A DNA stretch of 64,000 bases from positions 15,934,001 through 15,998,000 of the forward strand of contig JBHGNT010000004.1 of assembly GCA_043228905.1 (NCBI GenBank). The letters run 5' to 3'. This document shows positions 59,231 to 64,000 of this stretch, in pieces (positions within the stretch are counted from its first letter, which is position 1; each line of letters begins with the position of its first letter). Source of the stretch: Azolla caroliniana. Its lineage: Eukaryota; Plantae; Polypodiophyta. The position numbers were made by a program, and so were the translations under genes. The notes under the pieces were generated by a model. That model saw only the letters and a list, made by a program, of their open reading frames with translations. It made no database searches and was not told where the DNA came from.

Positions 59231-60964
59231 GTGGATATCGGACATGCCTTCATGGATGAGACCCGGAAGAAACTTCGGATCGGTGGAGGTGGGTTCCTAT
59301 TACAAAAAGAAGAAGAACGGTTTCGCGAGATGTTGGAGCAATACGGCAAAGCATTTGCATTTACATCAAGGGAGATAGGGTGCGTCAATCCGAGAATAGT
59401 GGAGCCGATGGTGATCTTCACGATTGACCATGTACCGTGGAACCTGAAGCCGATTCCGGTGCCACGAGCGCATATTCCAAAAGTCATTGACTTGCTCAAG
59501 GAGAAGGTGGCGATGGGGATTCTAGAGCCATCAACTGCTCCGTACTCAAATCGATGGTTTACGGTTCCGAAGAAGAATGGGTCACTCCGATTTATCCAAG
59601 ACTTGCAACCGGTGAATAAGGTCACGATCCGGAACTCGGGAGTCGGTCCGATAGTGGACGAATTTGCGGAAGCTTTTGCCGGTCGTGCGATATACTCCAT
59701 CGGAGACCTATACTCGGGGTATGACCAATTCCAACTAGCCGTGGAGAGCCGAGACATCACAACCATGCGAACACCGATAGGATTAGTCCGAATGTGCACA
59801 CTACCACAAGGAGCGACAAACTCGGTTGCTCATATGATGAACGCGATGAACAAGGTGCTTCGAGACTGCATTGCGGAGATAACGATGCCGTTCCTCGATG
59901 ACATTCCGATGAAAGGATGCGCGGTAGAAGAAAAAGATGAGACTATGGATGATCGGGGATGCCGAAAGTTCGTGGTCGACCATATTCATGATTGCGAGAA
60001 AGTGTTGCGAAAGCTAGAGGATGTGCACCTAACACTTTCCGGGGAGAAATCGGCATTCGGGCAAGAAGAAATATTGGTGGTCGGACATCTATGTGGGCCC
60101 TACGGCCGAAGACCGTCACCAACAAAGATCGATGCGATTCAAGCTATGGAGGAAGTATGCGAGTCAACATCCGAAGTCCGAAGGTTTCTCGGTGCATGTG
60201 CATTCTATCACATATGGATTCCGCACTATGCACATATAGCGGATCCACTCTACCACTTGTTGCGGAAAGGTAAGAAATTCGAATGGAAACCGGAACACAC
60301 CAAAGCCATGAAGAAATTGAAGAAGACACTTCGGAGGGCGGAAGCACTTAAGAAACCGAGCTATGACCGACCGATCATAGTAACGGTTGATACAAGTCCA
60401 ACCGGTATCGGGTGGGTCATCAATCAAGCCGACTCGGATGGTTTGTGGTATCCGATCCGATTCGGAGCAAAGGTTCTCAACGAAAGGCAACGTGGATATG
60501 CGCAAGTCAAAAGAGAACTGTGGGGAGTCGTGTCGGCGATAAAATCGGATCGGGATTATTTGATCGGAGCCGAAGTGGTGATCGAGACGGATTGTCTTCC
60601 GATACTCGGGATGATGCGGTGTTGTACGATACCGGATGTAGCTATGCTAAGGTGGGTTGCATATGTCAAGTCGCTTAATCCGGAGGTTCGACACATCTCG
60701 GGGAAGGACAACGCGGTAGCGGATATGTTATCAAGGGCTCGGTTCGGAGACCACTACCCGCCGATAGCGAACAAAAGAGGAAAGAAGTCTCGGGAGATCC
60801 GACACTTCGGAAGTCCGTGGATATCGGACATGCCTTCATGGATGAGACCCGGAAGAAACTTCGGATCGGTGGAGGTGGGTTCCTATTACAAAAAGAAGAA
60901 GAACGGTTTCGCGAGATGTTGGAGCAATACGGCAAAGCATTTGCATTTACATCAAGGGAGATAG
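59231..60964 (+). CDS. RT-RNase H ORF, array copy 5 (extended tail)
   Basis: 577 aa because C at 60800 removes the TGA. Confidence 0.75.
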   Translation: MDIGHAFMDETRKKLRIGGGGFLLQKEEERFREMLEQYGKAFAFTSREIGCVNPRIVEPMVIFTIDHVPWNLKPIPVPRAHIPKVIDLLKEKVAMGILEPSTAPYSNRWFTVPKKNGSLRFIQDLQPVNKVTIRNSGVGPIVDEFAEAFAGRAIYSIGDLYSGYDQFQLAVESRDITTMRTPIGLVRMCTLPQGATNSVAHMMNAMNKVLRDCIAEITMPFLDDIPMKGCAVEEKDETMDDRGCRKFVVDHIHDCEKVLRKLEDVHLTLSGEKSAFGQEEILVVGHLCGPYGRRPSPTKIDAIQAMEEVCESTSEVRRFLGACAFYHIWIPHYAHIADPLYHLLRKGKKFEWKPEHTKAMKKLKKTLRRAEALKKPSYDRPIIVTVDTSPTGIGWVINQADSDGLWYPIRFGAKVLNERQRGYAQVKRELWGVVSAIKSDRDYLIGAEVVIETDCLPILGMMRCCTIPDVAMLRWVAYVKSLNPEVRHISGKDNAVADMLSRARFGDHYPPIANKRGKKSREIRHFGSPWISDMPSWMRPGRNFGSVEVGSYYKKKKNGFARCWSNTAKHLHLHQGR

Positions 60965-62550
60965 GGTGCGTCAATCCGAGAATAGTGGAGCCGATGGTGA
61001 TCTTCACGATTGACCATGTACCGTGGAACCTGAAGCCGATTCCGGTGCCACGAGCGCATATTCCAAAAGTCATTGACTTGCTCAAGGAGAAGGTGGCGAT
61101 GGGGATTCTAGAGCCATCAACTGCTCCGTACTCAAATCGATGGTTTACGGTTCCGAAGAAGAATGGGTCACTCCGATTTATCCAAGACTTGCAACCGGTG
61201 AATAAGGTCACGATCCGGAACTCGGGAGTCGGTCCGATAGTGGACGAATTTGCGGAAGCTTTTGCCGGTCGTGCGATATACTCCATCGGAGACCTATACT
61301 CGGGGTATGACCAATTCCAACTAGCCGTGGAGAGCCGAGACATCACAACCATGCGAACACCGATAGGATTAGTCCGAATGTGCACACTACCACAAGGAGC
61401 GACAAACTCGGTTGCTCATATGATGAACGCGATGAACAAGGTGCTTCGAGACTGCATTGCGGAGATAACGATGCCGTTCCTCGATGACATTCCGATGAAA
61501 GGATGCGCGGTAGAAGAAAAAGATGAGACTATGGATGATCGGGGATGCCGAAAGTTCGTGGTCGACCATATTCATGATTGCGAGAAAGTGTTGCGAAAGC
61601 TAGAGGATGTGCACCTAACACTTTCCGGGGAGAAATCGGCATTCGGGCAAGAAGAAATATTGGTGGTCGGACATCTATGTGGGCCCTACGGCCGAAGACC
61701 GTCACCAACAAAGATCGATGCGATTCAAGCTATGGAGGAAGTATGCGAGTCAACATCCGAAGTCCGAAGGTTTCTCGGTGCATGTGCATTCTATCACATA
61801 TGGATTCCGCACTATGCACATATAGCGGATCCACTCTACCACTTGTTGCGGAAAGGTAAGAAATTCGAATGGAAACCGGAACACACCAAAGCCATGAAGA
61901 AATTGAAGAAGACACTTCGGAGGGCGGAAGCACTTAAGAAACCGAGCTATGACCGACCGATCATAGTAACGGTTGATACAAGTCCAACCGGTATCGGGTG
62001 GGTCATCAATCAAGCCGACTCGGATGGTTTGTGGTATCCGATCCGATTCGGAGCAAAGGTTCTCAACGAAAGGCAACGTGGATATGCGCAAGTCAAAAGA
62101 GAACTGTGGGGAGTCGTGTCGGCGATAAAATCGGATCGGGATTATTTGATCGGAGCCGAAGTGGTGATCGAGACGGATTGTCTTCCGATACTCGGGATGA
62201 TGCGGTGTTGTACGATACCGGATGTAGCTATGCTAAGGTGGGTTGCATATGTCAAGTCGCTTAATCCGGAGGTTCGACACATCTCGGGGAAGGACAACGC
62301 GGTAGCGGATATGTTATCAAGGGCTCGGTTCGGAGACCACTACCCGCCGATAGCGAACAAAAGAGGAAAGAAGTCTCGGGAGATCCGACACTTCGGAAGT
62401 CCGTGGATATCGGACATGCCTTCATGGATGAGACCCGGAAGAAACTTCGGATCGGTGGAGGTGGGTTCCTATTACAAAAAGAAGAAGAACGGTTTCGCGA
62501 GATGTTGGAGCAATACGGCAAAGCATTTGCATTTACATCAAGGGAGATAG
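60817..62550 (+). CDS. RT-RNase H ORF, array copy 6 (extended tail)
   Basis: 577 aa; C at 62386. Confidence 0.75.
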   Translation: MDIGHAFMDETRKKLRIGGGGFLLQKEEERFREMLEQYGKAFAFTSREIGCVNPRIVEPMVIFTIDHVPWNLKPIPVPRAHIPKVIDLLKEKVAMGILEPSTAPYSNRWFTVPKKNGSLRFIQDLQPVNKVTIRNSGVGPIVDEFAEAFAGRAIYSIGDLYSGYDQFQLAVESRDITTMRTPIGLVRMCTLPQGATNSVAHMMNAMNKVLRDCIAEITMPFLDDIPMKGCAVEEKDETMDDRGCRKFVVDHIHDCEKVLRKLEDVHLTLSGEKSAFGQEEILVVGHLCGPYGRRPSPTKIDAIQAMEEVCESTSEVRRFLGACAFYHIWIPHYAHIADPLYHLLRKGKKFEWKPEHTKAMKKLKKTLRRAEALKKPSYDRPIIVTVDTSPTGIGWVINQADSDGLWYPIRFGAKVLNERQRGYAQVKRELWGVVSAIKSDRDYLIGAEVVIETDCLPILGMMRCCTIPDVAMLRWVAYVKSLNPEVRHISGKDNAVADMLSRARFGDHYPPIANKRGKKSREIRHFGSPWISDMPSWMRPGRNFGSVEVGSYYKKKKNGFARCWSNTAKHLHLHQGR

Positions 62551-64000
62551 GGTGCGTCAATCCGAGAATAGTGGAGCCGATGGTGATCTTCACGATTGAC
62601 CATGTACCGTGGAACCTGAAGCCGATTCCGGTGCCACGAGCGCATATTCCAAAAGTCATTGACTTGCTCAAGGAGAAGGTGGCGATGGGGATTCTAGAGC
62701 CATCAACTGCTCCGTACTCAAATCGATGGTTTACGGTTCCGAAGAAGAATGGGTCACTCCGATTTATCCAAGACTTGCAACCGGTGAATAAGGTCACGAT
62801 CCGGAACTCGGGAGTCGGTCCGATAGTGGACGAATTTGCGGAAGCTTTTGCCGGTCGTGCGATATACTCCATCGGAGACCTATACTCGGGGTATGACCAA
62901 TTCCAACTAGCCGTGGAGAGCCGAGACATCACAACCATGCGAACACCGATAGGATTAGTCCGAATGTGCACACTACCACAAGGAGCGACAAACTCGGTTG
63001 CTCATATGATGAACGCGATGAACAAGGTGCTTCGAGACTGCATTGCGGAGATAACGATGCCGTTCCTCGATGACATTCCGATGAAAGGATGCGCGGTAGA
63101 AGAAAAAGATGAGACTATGGATGATCGGGGATGCCGAAAGTTCGTGGTCGACCATATTCATGATTGCGAGAAAGTGTTGCGAAAGCTAGAGGATGTGCAC
63201 CTAACACTTTCCGGGGAGAAATCGGCATTCGGGCAAGAAGAAATATTGGTGGTCGGACATCTATGTGGGCCCTACGGCCGAAGACCGTCACCAACAAAGA
63301 TCGATGCGATTCAAGCTATGGAGGAAGTATGCGAGTCAACATCCGAAGTCCGAAGGTTTCTCGGTGCATGTGCATTCTATCACATATGGATTCCGCACTA
63401 TGCACATATAGCGGATCCACTCTACCACTTGTTGCGGAAAGGTAAGAAATTCGAATGGAAACCGGAACACACCAAAGCCATGAAGAAATTGAAGAAGACA
63501 CTTCGGAGGGCGGAAGCACTTAAGAAACCGAGCTATGACCGACCGATCATAGTAACGGTTGATACAAGTCCAACCGGTATCGGGTGGGTCATCAATCAAG
63601 CCGACTCGGATGGTTTGTGGTATCCGATCCGATTCGGAGCAAAGGTTCTCAACGAAAGGCAACGTGGATATGCGCAAGTCAAAAGAGAACTGTGGGGAGT
63701 CGTGTCGGCGATAAAATCGGATCGGGATTATTTGATCGGAGCCGAAGTGGTGATCGAGACGGATTGTCTTCCGATACTCGGGATGATGCGGTGTTGTACG
63801 ATACCGGATGTAGCTATGCTAAGGTGGGTTGCATATGTCAAGTCGCTTAATCCGGAGGTTCGACACATCTCGGGGAAGGACAACGCGGTAGCGGATATGT
63901 TATCAAGGGCTCGGTTCGGAGACCACTACCCGCCGATAGCGAACAAAAGAGGAAAGAAGTCTCGGGAGATCCGACACTTCGGAAGTCCGTGGATATCGGA
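62403..64000 (+). CDS. RT-RNase H ORF, array copy 7 (open at window end)
   Basis: Same unit; C at 63972 leaves the frame open to the edge. Confidence 0.7.
   Translation, partial: MDIGHAFMDETRKKLRIGGGGFLLQKEEERFREMLEQYGKAFAFTSREIGCVNPRIVEPMVIFTIDHVPWNLKPIPVPRAHIPKVIDLLKEKVAMGILEPSTAPYSNRWFTVPKKNGSLRFIQDLQPVNKVTIRNSGVGPIVDEFAEAFAGRAIYSIGDLYSGYDQFQLAVESRDITTMRTPIGLVRMCTLPQGATNSVAHMMNAMNKVLRDCIAEITMPFLDDIPMKGCAVEEKDETMDDRGCRKFVVDHIHDCEKVLRKLEDVHLTLSGEKSAFGQEEILVVGHLCGPYGRRPSPTKIDAIQAMEEVCESTSEVRRFLGACAFYHIWIPHYAHIADPLYHLLRKGKKFEWKPEHTKAMKKLKKTLRRAEALKKPSYDRPIIVTVDTSPTGIGWVINQADSDGLWYPIRFGAKVLNERQRGYAQVKRELWGVVSAIKSDRDYLIGAEVVIETDCLPILGMMRCCTIPDVAMLRWVAYVKSLNPEVRHISGKDNAVADMLSRARFGDHYPPIANKRGKKSREIRHFGSPWIS

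Larger units (their letters stand above)
49590..64000 (+). mobile_element. Ty3/gypsy element F (tRNA-Trp primed) whose RT-RH segment is tandemly amplified; 3' end outside the window
   Basis: LTR 49590-50296 (TGTCGT...ACGACA), PBS, gag, knuckle, protease LIDHGS, RT FLDD, RNase H. Confidence 0.92.
52821..64000 (+). repeat. Head-to-tail array of a 1586-bp RT-RNase H unit (starts 52821, 54407, 55993, 57579, 59165, 60751, 62337, 63923)
   Basis: Identical junction ttcggaga|ccactaccc every 1586 bp; ORF track identical in each period. Confidence 0.98.

Noticed and set aside
52628-63850. Repeating antisense and short ORFs (236/275 aa etc.)
   Set aside because: They are shadow frames of pol and recur only because the unit recurs.
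42023-64000. RT array acting as helper for the neighbouring RT-less copia
   Set aside because: The RT is Ty3-type and tRNA-Trp primed, while the client would be Ty1 and iMet primed. Nothing beyond proximity links them.
52533-64000. Retron, DGR or other prokaryotic RT system
   Set aside because: The RT is followed by retroelement RNase H and is continuous with an LTR, PBS, gag and protease.

Overview
This window is a gene-free, deeply nested cluster of plant LTR retrotransposons. The element types suggest a non-seed plant such as a moss, but that is inference. Five insertions have clean 5-bp TSDs: a Ty3 chromovirus (4772-10602), a Tork/Tnt1-like copia (20441-25916), a near-intact copia (30087-35216), an RT/RNaseH-less copia (42023-48851) and a non-autonomous LTR element carrying a captured SpoU/MRM1-like rRNA-methyltransferase fragment (45650-48563). 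A sixth, a non-autonomous chromovirus derivative filled with a minisatellite (19331-27622), has a degenerate TSD. Degenerate non-chromovirus Ty3 elements fill the gaps, and three of them carry a conserved extra ORF after integrase. The last 11 kb is a near-perfect head-to-tail array of a 1586-bp unit cut from a tRNA-Trp-primed Ty3 element. It has 7 complete copies plus the start of an 8th, and each copy encodes an intact RT-RNase H with no gag, integrase or LTR. Other highlights: co-varying Tf1-like self-priming signatures, heat-shock elements and antisense tRNA-like A/B boxes in LTRs, and a predicted -1 frameshift pseudoknot between protease and RT. All calls come from reading the sequence by eye; no database searches were run.
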